From Vulcanimicrobiaceae bacterium (GTDB taxonomy: Bacteria > Vulcanimicrobiota > Vulcanimicrobiia > Vulcanimicrobiales > Vulcanimicrobiaceae), in the NCBI GenBank assembly GCA_035713505.1, contig DASSZL010000318.1, forward strand, positions 1 through 48,981: DNA of 48,981 nucleotides, given 5' to 3'. The number at the start of each line of letters is the position of its first letter. Within the stretch, counting starts at the first letter, position 1. The notes below the pieces were generated by a model. It was not told the DNA's origin, did not search any database, and saw nothing but the letters and a program-made list of their open reading frames with translations. Shown here in pieces: positions 8,619 to 18,166 of the stretch. The position numbers were made by a program, and so were the translations under genes.

Positions 8619-9014
8619 GTGATGGAAGCCCTCGAACGAATTCGCTCTATTATCAGCGGTTTTGCCGGTTATGACGACGCCCCGCAGCGCCGGCTCTCGG
8701 ACGAGCAAATCCGCGGCTTCGTGGGTGAGGTTCTGGCGGAACTTCCCGCGGTCGAGATAGACGCCCTGACCCCTGAAGAGCGCTCCTCCTACGACCGCGT
8801 GCTGCTGCGCTGCGAGTTCGTCAACTACGAGGTCTTCCGCGTTTTCGACGCGGATCCGACGCCGGAGCGCGTCCTGGCGACGCTGACAGCCGACGCCGAT
8901 GTCATCGAAATGGCATGCGTGCTGCGCGAAGCGGCCGAACAGCGGCCGAACGGCACCCTCGGCGCGCTGAGCCAGGCCTTCGACAAGCGCGACGCCGCGA
9001 TGCTGCTCTCGTGA
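8619..9014 (+). CDS. hypothetical 131-aa acidic protein
   Basis: ORF with no shadow-like Arg/Ala bias. Its stop overlaps the GTG of the GH20 gene (GTGA at 9011-9014). No family recognised. Confidence 0.5.
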   Translation: MMEALERIRSIISGFAGYDDAPQRRLSDEQIRGFVGEVLAELPAVEIDALTPEERSSYDRVLLRCEFVNYEVFRVFDADPTPERVLATLTADADVIEMACVLREAAEQRPNGTLGALSQAFDKRDAAMLLS

Positions 9015-10939
9015 TCGCGATCGCCGCGCTCACGCTGCACCTGCTGCCGCGCCCGCAGTCCGTTGCCGTTCAAAGCTGCGCGTTTCCGATCAAACGCGGG
9101 ATGCGCGTCCCGGCAAAAATCGATCCGGCCGCTTTGGAAGAGATCGACGAACGCTGGCACGCGCAAGGCCTGCCCTCGCTGGTGAAAACGGCGGGCGTTA
9201 CGGACGTACGCGTGCGGCGGGCGAACATGCCGGCGCAATCGTACCGGCTTACGACGCACGCCGACGGCACGGTGCTCATAGCGGCGGGCGACGCGGACGG
9301 CGCGTTCTACGGCATGATGACGCTCGCGCAGCTGCCCCAACGCGGCGCGGGCGGGTGGGTATTACCGTGCGTGAGCGTCAGCGATACGCCGGCGCTGCGC
9401 TGGCGTGTGCTCTCGGATGACGTGTCCCGCGGACCGCTGCCGAACATGCGGTATTTCAAAGAGCGCATTCGCACCATCGCGGCGTTCAAGATGAACGGCT
9501 ACTCGCCGTATATGGAGCACGTGTTCGTTTCGCCGCACGATCCGCTGCCTGCGCCGCTGGACGGCATCACGCCCGCGCAACTGCGCGAACTCGACGCGTA
9601 CGCGCGCCGCTTTCACGTCACGTTCATTCCCGAACAGCAGACCTTCGCGCACATGCACAACACGCTGCGCTACGAGAAGTACGCGCCGGCGGCGGAATTT
9701 CCGCACGCCTTTCTGCTCAGCCCGGCATCGCCGATTTCCCTCCCGTACATCACGCGGGTAATCAAAGACGAACTCGCGGCGATTCCCCATCCGGTTTTCT
9801 TTCACATCGGATCGGACGAAACGTCGACGCTGGGCAAAGGGCTGAGCAGCCGGATGGTCGCGCAGCGCGGGTTGACGCAGGTCTACGCCGAGCACATCCG
9901 GCAGATGAACGAGATCATCAAGCCGTCCGGAGCGCGCATCATGTTGTGGGACGACGGTATCGAAAACGATCCCGCAATCATGAAACTGATTCCGCGCAGC
10001 GCCGTTGTGGTGAACTGGCATTACGGCGACGAAAAAACGTTTATGCCGTACATTTCGCTGCTCGCCAACGGCGGTTTTCAGCAGATGATCTCTCCCGGCG
10101 ACAGCAATTGGAACCAGGTGTACCCGAGCATCGAGGGGGCCATCAAGAACGAACGCACGTTCATCGACGAAGGCAAGAGCGCGCACGTGCTCGGCCTGTT
10201 TCAAACGGTTTGGAACGACGACGGTGAGACGCTGTTCGAAGCGACGTGGTATCCGGTGCTGTATGCGGGCGTGAGCGCCTGGGAGCACGGCAGCGTCGAT
10301 CCCGCGCGCTTTCAAGCGGACTTCCCGTATGCGTTTTTCGGCACGTCCGACGCGCGCTACGGCAGCGACCTCGCCGATCTCGCGGACATTCAAGCGCGCA
10401 TGGCGGATGCGTACGACTTCACGAGCGATTACCTGATGTGGGCCGATCCGTTCGATCCGCGTGCGGTTGCGCACATGGACAAAGTGGACGTCTCGCGCGT
10501 GCGTTTGGAAGCGGAGGCCGTGCAGGAGCATTTGCTCGCGTCCGTGCCGCCGCTGCATGCGAACGCGGCGCGCGTGATGTTCCTGGCGGCGCGCAAGTAC
10601 GATTTCATCGGGCGCAAGTTTCAGGCCGCCAAAGAGATCGCGCAGTATTATGACGATGCCGCGGCGCACGCGCATCAGCCGCACAGCCCGTCCGGGCGCG
10701 ACCTCTATTGGGTGAAGTACTGGTTTTGGGAATTGCGCGACGGTTACGAAGAACTCGAACCGCTCTACGCAGCGGCCTGGCGCTACGAGGATCGGGAAAG
10801 CCATCTGGCCTCAAACCTGGAGCGTTATCATCTGAACGCGCAGCGCGACATCGACCGCGCCGACGCCGTCTACGCGGCCACCCTCGACTATTTCTCCGGC
10901 AAACCGCTCCCGCCGCTCAGTGTCATGCTGAGGCCTTGA
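9011..10939 (+). CDS. GH20 beta-N-acetylhexosaminidase
   Basis: LLPRPQSV N-terminal signature, LRWRVLSDDVSRGPLPNMRYFKERIRTIAAFKMNGYSPYMEH, and the catalytic D-E pair in FFHIGSDETS. Start chosen at GTG 9011 from the GTGA overlap. Confidence 0.85.
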   Translation: MIAIAALTLHLLPRPQSVAVQSCAFPIKRGMRVPAKIDPAALEEIDERWHAQGLPSLVKTAGVTDVRVRRANMPAQSYRLTTHADGTVLIAAGDADGAFYGMMTLAQLPQRGAGGWVLPCVSVSDTPALRWRVLSDDVSRGPLPNMRYFKERIRTIAAFKMNGYSPYMEHVFVSPHDPLPAPLDGITPAQLRELDAYARRFHVTFIPEQQTFAHMHNTLRYEKYAPAAEFPHAFLLSPASPISLPYITRVIKDELAAIPHPVFFHIGSDETSTLGKGLSSRMVAQRGLTQVYAEHIRQMNEIIKPSGARIMLWDDGIENDPAIMKLIPRSAVVVNWHYGDEKTFMPYISLLANGGFQQMISPGDSNWNQVYPSIEGAIKNERTFIDEGKSAHVLGLFQTVWNDDGETLFEATWYPVLYAGVSAWEHGSVDPARFQADFPYAFFGTSDARYGSDLADLADIQARMADAYDFTSDYLMWADPFDPRAVAHMDKVDVSRVRLEAEAVQEHLLASVPPLHANAARVMFLAARKYDFIGRKFQAAKEIAQYYDDAAAHAHQPHSPSGRDLYWVKYWFWELRDGYEELEPLYAAAWRYEDRESHLASNLERYHLNAQRDIDRADAVYAATLDYFSGKPLPPLSVMLRP

Positions 10940-10940
10940 A

Positions 10941-12941
10941 GTGATCCTGCCCATACTCGTTCTTGCGGTGTTCCTGGTGTTCGCCGCGCTGATGTACACG
11001 CGAACCATGCCGGCGCTGCTCGCCGTTCCCGCGATGGCGATTGTGATGGCGCTGGTTGCCGGCGTTCCGCTCACGGGCGTCGCGGACATCATCGTCAAGG
11101 GCGCGTCGGCGCTGGCGAGCGTGTACGTCACGGTCATTCTGGGCGCGATGCTCGGACGCGTGACGATTGATACCGGCATCGCAAAAAGCATCGTGAACTT
11201 CGCGGCCGAGTTCGGCGGCGAGCGGCCGATGGTCCTCGCGCTGCTGCTCTGTGCGGTCGTCGCCGTGCTTTTCGTCTCGCTCTACGGCCTGGGCGCGATT
11301 ATCATGGTGGGCTCGATCGTGCTGCCGATCATGATGACGACCGGCGTCCCGCGCAAAATCGCGGCAACGCTGTTTCTCATGGCGTTCGCGCTGGGCTTCA
11401 TGTTCAATCCGGTAAACTGGAAATTCTACATCACGCTGTTCAGCGTGAGCCAGCAGCAAATGTACCACTACGCGATCGTTCTCGCGGCCATCGACGTCGT
11501 CGCGATGATCGTCTACGCGGCGGTCTCGTTCAGCCGTTCACGCGCGTATGCCGCCTGGGCCGTGCAGGGCGAGCGCCCCACGCCGGCGCGCGTGCCCTGG
11601 TTCGCGCTCGTCACGCCGGTATTGCCAATCGTATTGTTTTACGTCCTCAAATGGGATCCGGTGCTCTCGTTCATCGTCTCGGCGGTGTACGGTGCGGTTG
11701 CCGTGCGTCCATCGCGTGCGGTCGGCACGCTCGTCGCCGCGGCGATCAAAGGCGTCGAGGACGTCGCGCCGGCGGTCGTGCTCTTTATCGGCATCGGCAT
11801 GCTGTTCACCGCGACGAAAGAACCCGCGTTCGCGGCGGCGATGCAGCCGCTCGCGACGTCCCAAGCGCTGCACAATCCGTTCGTTTTCGTCGCCGTTTTC
11901 GGCGTGCTCAGTCCGCTCGCGCTCTATCGCGGTCCGCTCAACCCGTTCGGTGTGGGCATCGCCATCTTCACGGTGCTGCTCTCCGCGCACGCGCTCCCCG
12001 CGGTCGTGCTGGTCGCGGCGATCATGGCGGTCGTGCAGGTGCAGAACGTGTGCGATCCCACCAATACCGCAAACGTGTGGGTGGCCAATTACACCGGCGT
12101 GCACATCGAGGAGATCACGCGCCGGACGCTGCCGTATCAAACGGCCGTCGCGATTGCCGGATGCATCGCCGTCGCGATCGGCTCGCAAGCGTTTTTCGGC
12201 GTGCGTCCATTCACGCTCGCGGTCAATTCCGCTGCCGCCGCCGAGTTGCCGCAGCCGGGTCTATTCGCCCCGCAGAGCGCGGGCAACCGTATCGCCGTCG
12301 GCAACGACGGCTCGGCGGACGCGAAGAGCGCAAACACCGTCGTGGTCAACGAACTCAATGCCGCAGGCGTGCATGCGTTCGCGCTGCAAACCGACCCGAA
12401 CGCGCAGGACTGCGCCGGCAAACCGTACGCGGCTTACGTCGAGGTGCTTGCGACGCGCTTTCATCCGATCGAAGGAACCGACCTCGACATCGGCGTGCGC
12501 CTGTTCGACTGCGGCGGCTGGTCGGTGAACGAATGGCACGATCACGCGGTGTTCGCGCAGCCGTCGGCCGCCGATATCGCCGGCCTCGCGCGCGAGGGCG
12601 TGGCACGTATGCGCGAGTGGGGTGCGCGCAACGGCGCGCGCTGGAATCATTTGCTCACGCAAGGCCTGGCCTACGCGGCGGGCGATCCGCCGACGTACTA
12701 TTACGCGCTCTTCAAGACGGTCGACGGAAACATGCGCACGTACGTGCGCGCGGGCGGACCGGCGTACGCGGCGGGCATGCGGACGAACGACATCGTCAAT
12801 AAACTCGACGGGCTGTACTGGTGGGAATACGGCACGTATCAAACGCAGGCGCGAGCCTACGACGGCAAGCCGCACAGTTTCGAACTGCAGCGCGGCAAAG
12901 CGACGATCAACATCCAACTGGGAGAACCATTCACCTCATGA
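10941..12941 (+). CDS. GntP/citrate-type (ion-transporter superfamily) permease fused to a ~240-aa soluble C-terminal region ending in a PDZ-like module
   Basis: About 12 hydrophobic segments up to roughly nt 12200, then a hydrophilic region. It ends ...AGMRTNDIVNKLDGLYWW...FELQRGKATINIQL (PDZ-like). GTG start is 1 nt after the GH20 stop. Confidence 0.7.
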   Translation: MILPILVLAVFLVFAALMYTRTMPALLAVPAMAIVMALVAGVPLTGVADIIVKGASALASVYVTVILGAMLGRVTIDTGIAKSIVNFAAEFGGERPMVLALLLCAVVAVLFVSLYGLGAIIMVGSIVLPIMMTTGVPRKIAATLFLMAFALGFMFNPVNWKFYITLFSVSQQQMYHYAIVLAAIDVVAMIVYAAVSFSRSRAYAAWAVQGERPTPARVPWFALVTPVLPIVLFYVLKWDPVLSFIVSAVYGAVAVRPSRAVGTLVAAAIKGVEDVAPAVVLFIGIGMLFTATKEPAFAAAMQPLATSQALHNPFVFVAVFGVLSPLALYRGPLNPFGVGIAIFTVLLSAHALPAVVLVAAIMAVVQVQNVCDPTNTANVWVANYTGVHIEEITRRTLPYQTAVAIAGCIAVAIGSQAFFGVRPFTLAVNSAAAAELPQPGLFAPQSAGNRIAVGNDGSADAKSANTVVVNELNAAGVHAFALQTDPNAQDCAGKPYAAYVEVLATRFHPIEGTDLDIGVRLFDCGGWSVNEWHDHAVFAQPSAADIAGLAREGVARMREWGARNGARWNHLLTQGLAYAAGDPPTYYYALFKTVDGNMRTYVRAGGPAYAAGMRTNDIVNKLDGLYWWEYGTYQTQARAYDGKPHSFELQRGKATINIQLGEPFTS

Positions 12942-14314
12942 CGGCCATCGACTCGCAACTCGCGGCGTATTGCACGCAGCACGAAGCGCAATATCTCGAC
13001 GAACTCAAATCCTGGGTGGCAATACCTTCCATCTCCGCCGATCCCGAACATCGCGGCGACGTGCGGCGCTGCTGCGAGCGCCTCGTGCAGCGGATGAGCG
13101 AGATTGGCCTGGACGCGCGCGTACTCGAAACCGGCGGCAATCCGCTTGCCTACGGGCAGTGGCTCGAGGCGCCGGGCAAACCCACCATCGTGATTTACGG
13201 GCATTATGACGTGCAGCCCGCCGATCCGCTCGAACTGTGGCATTCACCGCCGTTCGATGCGCAGGTTCGCGACGGCAAGATCTACGGGCGCGGAACGGTC
13301 GACGACAAAGGCCAAGTGCTGATGCACCTGGCGGCTATCGAGGCGCATTTGCGCACCCGCGGCTCGCTGCCGGTCAACGTCAAAGTCGTCGTCGAAGGTG
13401 AAGAAGAGATCGGATCGCCGAATTTCGAGGATGCGCTCGCGCGATATCAGGAACAGTTTCGCGCGGATCTCGCAGTGATCTCGGATACCGTAGTGTACGC
13501 CGAAGACGTGCCGTCGCTCACGACTTCGATTCGGGGTCTGGTGCATTGGGAGATTGCGGTGCACGGACCGGACGAGGATCTGCACTCGGGCTATTTCGGG
13601 GGACTGATCGTCAATCCGATTGAGGCGCTCGCGAAGATCGTTGCGGGATTGAAAGACGCGGACGGGCGAGTCACGGTTCCCGGATTCTACGACGGCGTTC
13701 ACGATCTCGATCCGGCGGCGCTTGCCGAACTGCACGGGCTGCCGTTCGACGAAAAGCAGGAAGCGAAGATACACGGCGTGCCGGAACTGGGCGGCGAACG
13801 CGGGCGCTTGCCGCTCGAACGGCAGTGGTTCCGGCCGACGCTGGAATGCAACGGAATTTGGGGCGGGTATCAAGGCCCTGGCAGCAAGACGATTATTCCG
13901 AGTTGGGCCAAGGCCAAGATCTCCGCGCGTCTGGTCGGCGATCAAGATCCGGCAAGTGTGAAGAAGGCCGTTCACGATCACGTTATCGCGAGCGTTCCGC
14001 GCGGCGTGCGCGTGGAGGTGGAGGCGCACGGAGACGTCCGTGCGGTAACGACCTCGCGCGATCACCCCGCCGTTGCGGCCGCCGCACGAGCGATGCAGGC
14101 GGGCTTCGGGAAACCGCCGGTCTTCATCGGAACGGGCGGCACGATTGGTCCGGTCGCGAGCTTCGATCGCATCTTGAAATTACCGCAAGTCCTCATCGGC
14201 GTCGGTCTGCCGGACGACCGCATTCACGCGCCGAACGAGAAATTCACGCTTGCGCAATTTTTCGCGGGCATCAAAACGATGTGCGCGCTTTACGACGAAA
14301 TCGCGGCGTTATGA
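12938..14314 (+). CDS. M20-family dipeptidase
   Basis: IYGHYDVQPADP, GRGTVDDKGQ and EGEEEIGSPN metal/catalytic boxes. ATG 12938 forms an ATGA overlap with the permease stop. Confidence 0.9.
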   Translation: MTAIDSQLAAYCTQHEAQYLDELKSWVAIPSISADPEHRGDVRRCCERLVQRMSEIGLDARVLETGGNPLAYGQWLEAPGKPTIVIYGHYDVQPADPLELWHSPPFDAQVRDGKIYGRGTVDDKGQVLMHLAAIEAHLRTRGSLPVNVKVVVEGEEEIGSPNFEDALARYQEQFRADLAVISDTVVYAEDVPSLTTSIRGLVHWEIAVHGPDEDLHSGYFGGLIVNPIEALAKIVAGLKDADGRVTVPGFYDGVHDLDPAALAELHGLPFDEKQEAKIHGVPELGGERGRLPLERQWFRPTLECNGIWGGYQGPGSKTIIPSWAKAKISARLVGDQDPASVKKAVHDHVIASVPRGVRVEVEAHGDVRAVTTSRDHPAVAAAARAMQAGFGKPPVFIGTGGTIGPVASFDRILKLPQVLIGVGLPDDRIHAPNEKFTLAQFFAGIKTMCALYDEIAAL

Positions 14315-15042
14315 GCGAGGCCACGACGCGTTTTTCGGAACGAGCGGCGGCTTACGCGGCGAACCGGCCGACGTACCCGAAGGCCGCGGTCGATGCGCTG
14401 CTGCGCGGGCTGGGGCCCGAAGCGGATCTCATCGTCGCCGACGTCGGCGCCGGCACCGGTATCTCCGCAAATCTGCTTGCGGAGCGCGTCGGCACCGTTG
14501 TCGCGATCGAGCCGAATGCCGCAATGCGCGAACGCGCGCAGGCAAGGCCGAACGTGCACTGGGAAGCGGGGTCGGCGGAGGAGCTGCCGCTTCCGGATAA
14601 GAGCGTCGACGTCGCGGCGGCGTTCCAAGCTTTTCACTGGTTCGATCCGCTGCGAGCGTTCGCGGAATTCGCGCGCGTGGCACGGCGGCGTGTGGCGCTG
14701 CTGCAATACGAACGCGCCGAAACGCAGCCCTTTTCGGCGGCGTACGCCGCAATCGTGCGCCGCTATGCGACTGACGATACCGAAGCACTGCGCCTGCGTA
14801 CGCTCGACATATTCTCGACGCTCGCGGGGAGCGGGCTGCGCCGCGCCGTCGTTCCGTTCAAGCAACGGCTTACGTCCGAGGGCGTGATCGGCCGCGTCGA
14901 TTCCTCTTCGTATTTGCCGCATGAAGGCGAGGCGGCCGCGGCACTGCGCAAAGAGATACGCGACCTGTTCGACCGCTTCGCGCGCGACGGCTGCGTGGAG
15001 ATGGCGATGAACGTGTACGTGCTCGCCGCGGATGTCGCGTAA
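14311..15042 (+). CDS. class I SAM-dependent methyltransferase
   Basis: Motif I VADVGAGTGISANLL, and AFQAFHWFD. ATGA overlap at 14311-14314. Confidence 0.85.
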   Translation: MSEATTRFSERAAAYAANRPTYPKAAVDALLRGLGPEADLIVADVGAGTGISANLLAERVGTVVAIEPNAAMRERAQARPNVHWEAGSAEELPLPDKSVDVAAAFQAFHWFDPLRAFAEFARVARRRVALLQYERAETQPFSAAYAAIVRRYATDDTEALRLRTLDIFSTLAGSGLRRAVVPFKQRLTSEGVIGRVDSSSYLPHEGEAAAALRKEIRDLFDRFARDGCVEMAMNVYVLAADVA

Positions 15043-17164
15043 ACTTCGCCTCGGCATCGACGTCGGCGGCACGTTTACCGACGTCGTCGCCGTCGACGCG
15101 CAATCGCGCACGGTCGCGGCGCGCGTCAAAGTGCCGACCACGCACACCGCACCCGAAGGCGTCGCGGCCGGGATCATCGCGGGCATCGAAGCGCTTTTCG
15201 CACAAAGCGGAATCGCGGCATCCGAGGTCGCCTTCATCGCACATTCGACGACACAGGCGACCAATGCGCTGCTCGAAGGCGACGTCGCGAACGTCGGCGT
15301 GCTGGGACTGCTCGACGGATTTGGACCGCTCGCGCGCATGCAGATGCGCTTCCCGCGCCTGCAACTCGCGCCGGGCGTTCCGTTCGAAACGGCTTTTGCG
15401 TTCGCGCGCGCGGGTGAAGGCGCGCATCAGGCGTTGCAGAGCCTTCGCAGCGGCGGAGCGCAGGCGATCGCCGTTACGCAAGCGTTCTCCGTCGATCGCC
15501 CCCAGGCCGAAACCGCGGCGGCGGCGGATGCGCGTGCGCTCGGGCTGTACGCTACCGCGGGGCATGAGGTCAGTTCGATGTACGGACTGCGCGCCCGCAC
15601 GCGGACTGCCGCGCTCAACGCCGCCATATTGCCGAAAATGGTGCGCACGGCGCGCATGACCGACGACGCGGTGAAACGCGCGACGATTTCCGCGCCGCTC
15701 ATGGTGATGCGCAGCGACGGCGGCGTCATGGACGTGCGGGAAATGGAGCGCCGCCCGATTCTCACGCTGCTCTCCGGTCCGGCCGCCGGCGTCGCCGGAG
15801 CGCTGCTGCACGAAAACGTCACCGACGGGATCTTTATCGAAGTCGGCGGCACGAGCGCGGATTGTTCGGCGATTCGAGCGGGTATGCCGCAGATGCGGCC
15901 CGCGCGCGTCGGCGGTCATCGCACGATGCTGCGAACGCTGGACGTGCGCACGCTCGGCATCGCGGGCGGGAGCATGATCCGCGTCAACGAACACAACATC
16001 ATCGACGTCGGCCCGCGCTCCGCGCATATCGCGGGGCTGAAGTACGCGAGTTTCGTCGAGCCGCAGCTGTTCGAGGGGGCGAAGATTCAGCATATCCGTC
16101 CCACCGAACATGACACACCGGACTACGTCGCGATCGTCGCAGCCGACGGCACGCGCGTGGCGCTCACGCCGACCTGTGCATCGAACATGCTCGGCTATGT
16201 GCCCGAGCACGCGTTCGCGCGCGGCAATGCGCAATCCGCGCGCCGCGGCTTCGAAGTGCTCGCGCAATACTTGCAGGCGGATCCCAAACAACTCGCGCGC
16301 GATCTGCTCGATATCGCATCGGCGAAAGTCATCGCGGCGGTGGACGAGCTCATCGCGGATTACGAGCTCGACCGCCAGACGCTGGTCGTGGTCGGCGGCG
16401 GAGGCGGCGCGGCCGCGCTGGTTCCGTATGTCGCGCAGCGCAGCGGTGTGGAGTTTCGCCTTGCGCGGGACGCGGAAGTGATCTCGCCCATCGGCGTCGC
16501 GCTCGCGCTCGTTCGTGAGGTCGTCGAGCGCACGATCGCCGATCCCAGGCCGGACGATATCGTGCGGATTCGGCGTGAGGCGCAGGACGCGGTCGTCGCC
16601 GCAGGCGCATCGCCCGAGCGGGTGGAGGTTGCAGTCGAAATCGACACGCAGCGCAATTTGGTGCGGGCGACCGCATCCGGAGCAAGTGAACTTGCCGAAA
16701 GCGCCGCGCACCGCATCGACGAACCGGCGGAGCTCGCGGCCGCGGCCGCAGCGCTCTTTCGCGCTGGTCCGGATGAGCTGCGTGAAGTGGCGGCGACGGA
16801 AGGGCTGCTCGTGTATGAACGCGTGCGTACGCTCCGCGGCCGTTTCGGACGCGTGCGGACGATGCGTGATCTGCGCGTGCTCGACCGTAGCGGCGTCGGA
16901 CGTCTCGCGCTGCGCGATGCGTTCGTGCGTCAGGTGCGCGCCGGCGCCGCGCTTGACGAGCTGCGCGCCGCGGTTGAAGAGGCGACGGCGTTCGGCGACG
17001 TCGGCCGCGCACTTCCGGATATCTACGTGCTGCACGGCGCGCGGATCGCGGACTTTAGCGGCCTTGCCTCCGCGGAGCAAGCTGCCGCTCTCGCGGAAGA
17101 AGAATTGGCGGGCCGTGCGCCCGAAGCGCCGGTCGTAATCGTAACGGCTTCGCGTCCCGCGTAA
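15032..17164 (+). CDS. hydantoinase/oxoprolinase A (HyuA)-like ASKHA ATPase, no HyuB partner nearby
   Basis: LGIDVGGTFTDVV, LLSGPAAGVAGA and EVGGTSADCS phosphate-binding motifs. 11-nt overlap with the methyltransferase gene. Confidence 0.8.
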   Translation: MSRKLRLGIDVGGTFTDVVAVDAQSRTVAARVKVPTTHTAPEGVAAGIIAGIEALFAQSGIAASEVAFIAHSTTQATNALLEGDVANVGVLGLLDGFGPLARMQMRFPRLQLAPGVPFETAFAFARAGEGAHQALQSLRSGGAQAIAVTQAFSVDRPQAETAAAADARALGLYATAGHEVSSMYGLRARTRTAALNAAILPKMVRTARMTDDAVKRATISAPLMVMRSDGGVMDVREMERRPILTLLSGPAAGVAGALLHENVTDGIFIEVGGTSADCSAIRAGMPQMRPARVGGHRTMLRTLDVRTLGIAGGSMIRVNEHNIIDVGPRSAHIAGLKYASFVEPQLFEGAKIQHIRPTEHDTPDYVAIVAADGTRVALTPTCASNMLGYVPEHAFARGNAQSARRGFEVLAQYLQADPKQLARDLLDIASAKVIAAVDELIADYELDRQTLVVVGGGGGAAALVPYVAQRSGVEFRLARDAEVISPIGVALALVREVVERTIADPRPDDIVRIRREAQDAVVAAGASPERVEVAVEIDTQRNLVRATASGASELAESAAHRIDEPAELAAAAAALFRAGPDELREVAATEGLLVYERVRTLRGRFGRVRTMRDLRVLDRSGVGRLALRDAFVRQVRAGAALDELRAAVEEATAFGDVGRALPDIYVLHGARIADFSGLASAEQAAALAEEELAGRAPEAPVVIVTASRPA

Positions 17165-17170
17165 CGGCCT

Positions 17171-18139
17171 TTAGGCCGCGCGGTATGGATGCAGCTCTTC
17201 GGGATGCGAACGAAGCCATGCGATGGCGCGGCTGCGCCGCTGCGGATCGCCGTTCGCCGCCGCGAGTATCGCGGAGTCAACGCGTGTCATGCGATCGAAA
17301 ATGCCTTCCCAGCGCGGATCGCCCACCGGCTGCGAGTCGATTTCTTCTTCGAGTGCGCCGCGTACCAGTTTGCGTTGTTCGGGATCGAGATTCAAACGAG
17401 GCGCCGGAAACGGCACAAAGAGCGAATTCGTAGGGAAATCGCCTCGGTCCGCCGCCAGGACCGCGGAACGCCGTACGTCGGCCAGAAACGGGCGCCGGTC
17501 CGGCGGGAGCTGCGCCGCGGACGGATGATCGATGAAATCGCGGCGCACTGCGAAACCGAAACGCGCGCACATATCGAGCCATGAACGGTCGTGGAATTCT
17601 TGTATGAGGCTTCGCAAGTTCAAACCGGCATGCTGACGCACGAACTCGGCGGCGAGCGCCATTCGCACGGCGTAGTCCGCGCCTTCGTCCTTCATCGGCG
17701 CATAGCCGTGGTGGAGAACGAAAACGTCTATGCCCCAAGCCGCGTTGGCTTCCGCGACCTCATCGCGCGTCATGAACGGCGAATCGCCGCGGCGCCGTGC
17801 CTCGAGCATCCGCGCCGCGATGAACGGTTTCGGATCGTCGAACAGGCTCTCCACAAAGGTCCGTTTCAGGGCGACGCTCAAACCGAAGGCCAACAGTGGG
17901 CTTGGCTCCTCGCCTACGACGACGCTCGCAAATCCCGCTTCGTCGTCAATGACGTGCTGCCACATCTCGAAGAGAGCGGCGATATCGCTGCTCTCGTACA
18001 AAAAGCGATCTGCAATCAATTGCCCGGCTTCCGCAAAGTCGGCCTGATGGGCTTGGCGCCCCCGCAAATGCATGTCTCCGCTCGCTATCGCATACGCCGC
18101 GCGCTCTCCTGCAGTTGCCCGGTGCGTCCCTGAAACCAT
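17171..18139 (-). CDS. hypothetical protein (possible regulator-like C-terminus)
   Basis: 322-aa ORF with normal composition. An alternative start at 18073 (MHLRG...) would leave a more reasonable divergent spacer. No confident family. Confidence 0.55.
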   Translation of the reverse strand: MVSGTHRATAGERAAYAIASGDMHLRGRQAHQADFAEAGQLIADRFLYESSDIAALFEMWQHVIDDEAGFASVVVGEEPSPLLAFGLSVALKRTFVESLFDDPKPFIAARMLEARRRGDSPFMTRDEVAEANAAWGIDVFVLHHGYAPMKDEGADYAVRMALAAEFVRQHAGLNLRSLIQEFHDRSWLDMCARFGFAVRRDFIDHPSAAQLPPDRRPFLADVRRSAVLAADRGDFPTNSLFVPFPAPRLNLDPEQRKLVRGALEEEIDSQPVGDPRWEGIFDRMTRVDSAILAAANGDPQRRSRAIAWLRSHPEELHPYRAA

Positions 18140-18166
18140 TGGCGCGAGGGCCGGGTAGCAAGAGCC

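Noticed and set aside
14870-17080. Very long antisense ORFs: 736 aa opposite the HyuA-like gene. There are similar ones at 36938-39136 (732 aa opposite prfC), 9362-10804, 28744-30315, 36085-37503 and 25423-26370.
   Set aside because: Their translations are Arg/Ala/His/Gly-rich low-complexity strings with no motifs. Each lies exactly opposite a gene with strong family signatures. This is the usual shadow-ORF effect of high G+C, not overlapping genes.
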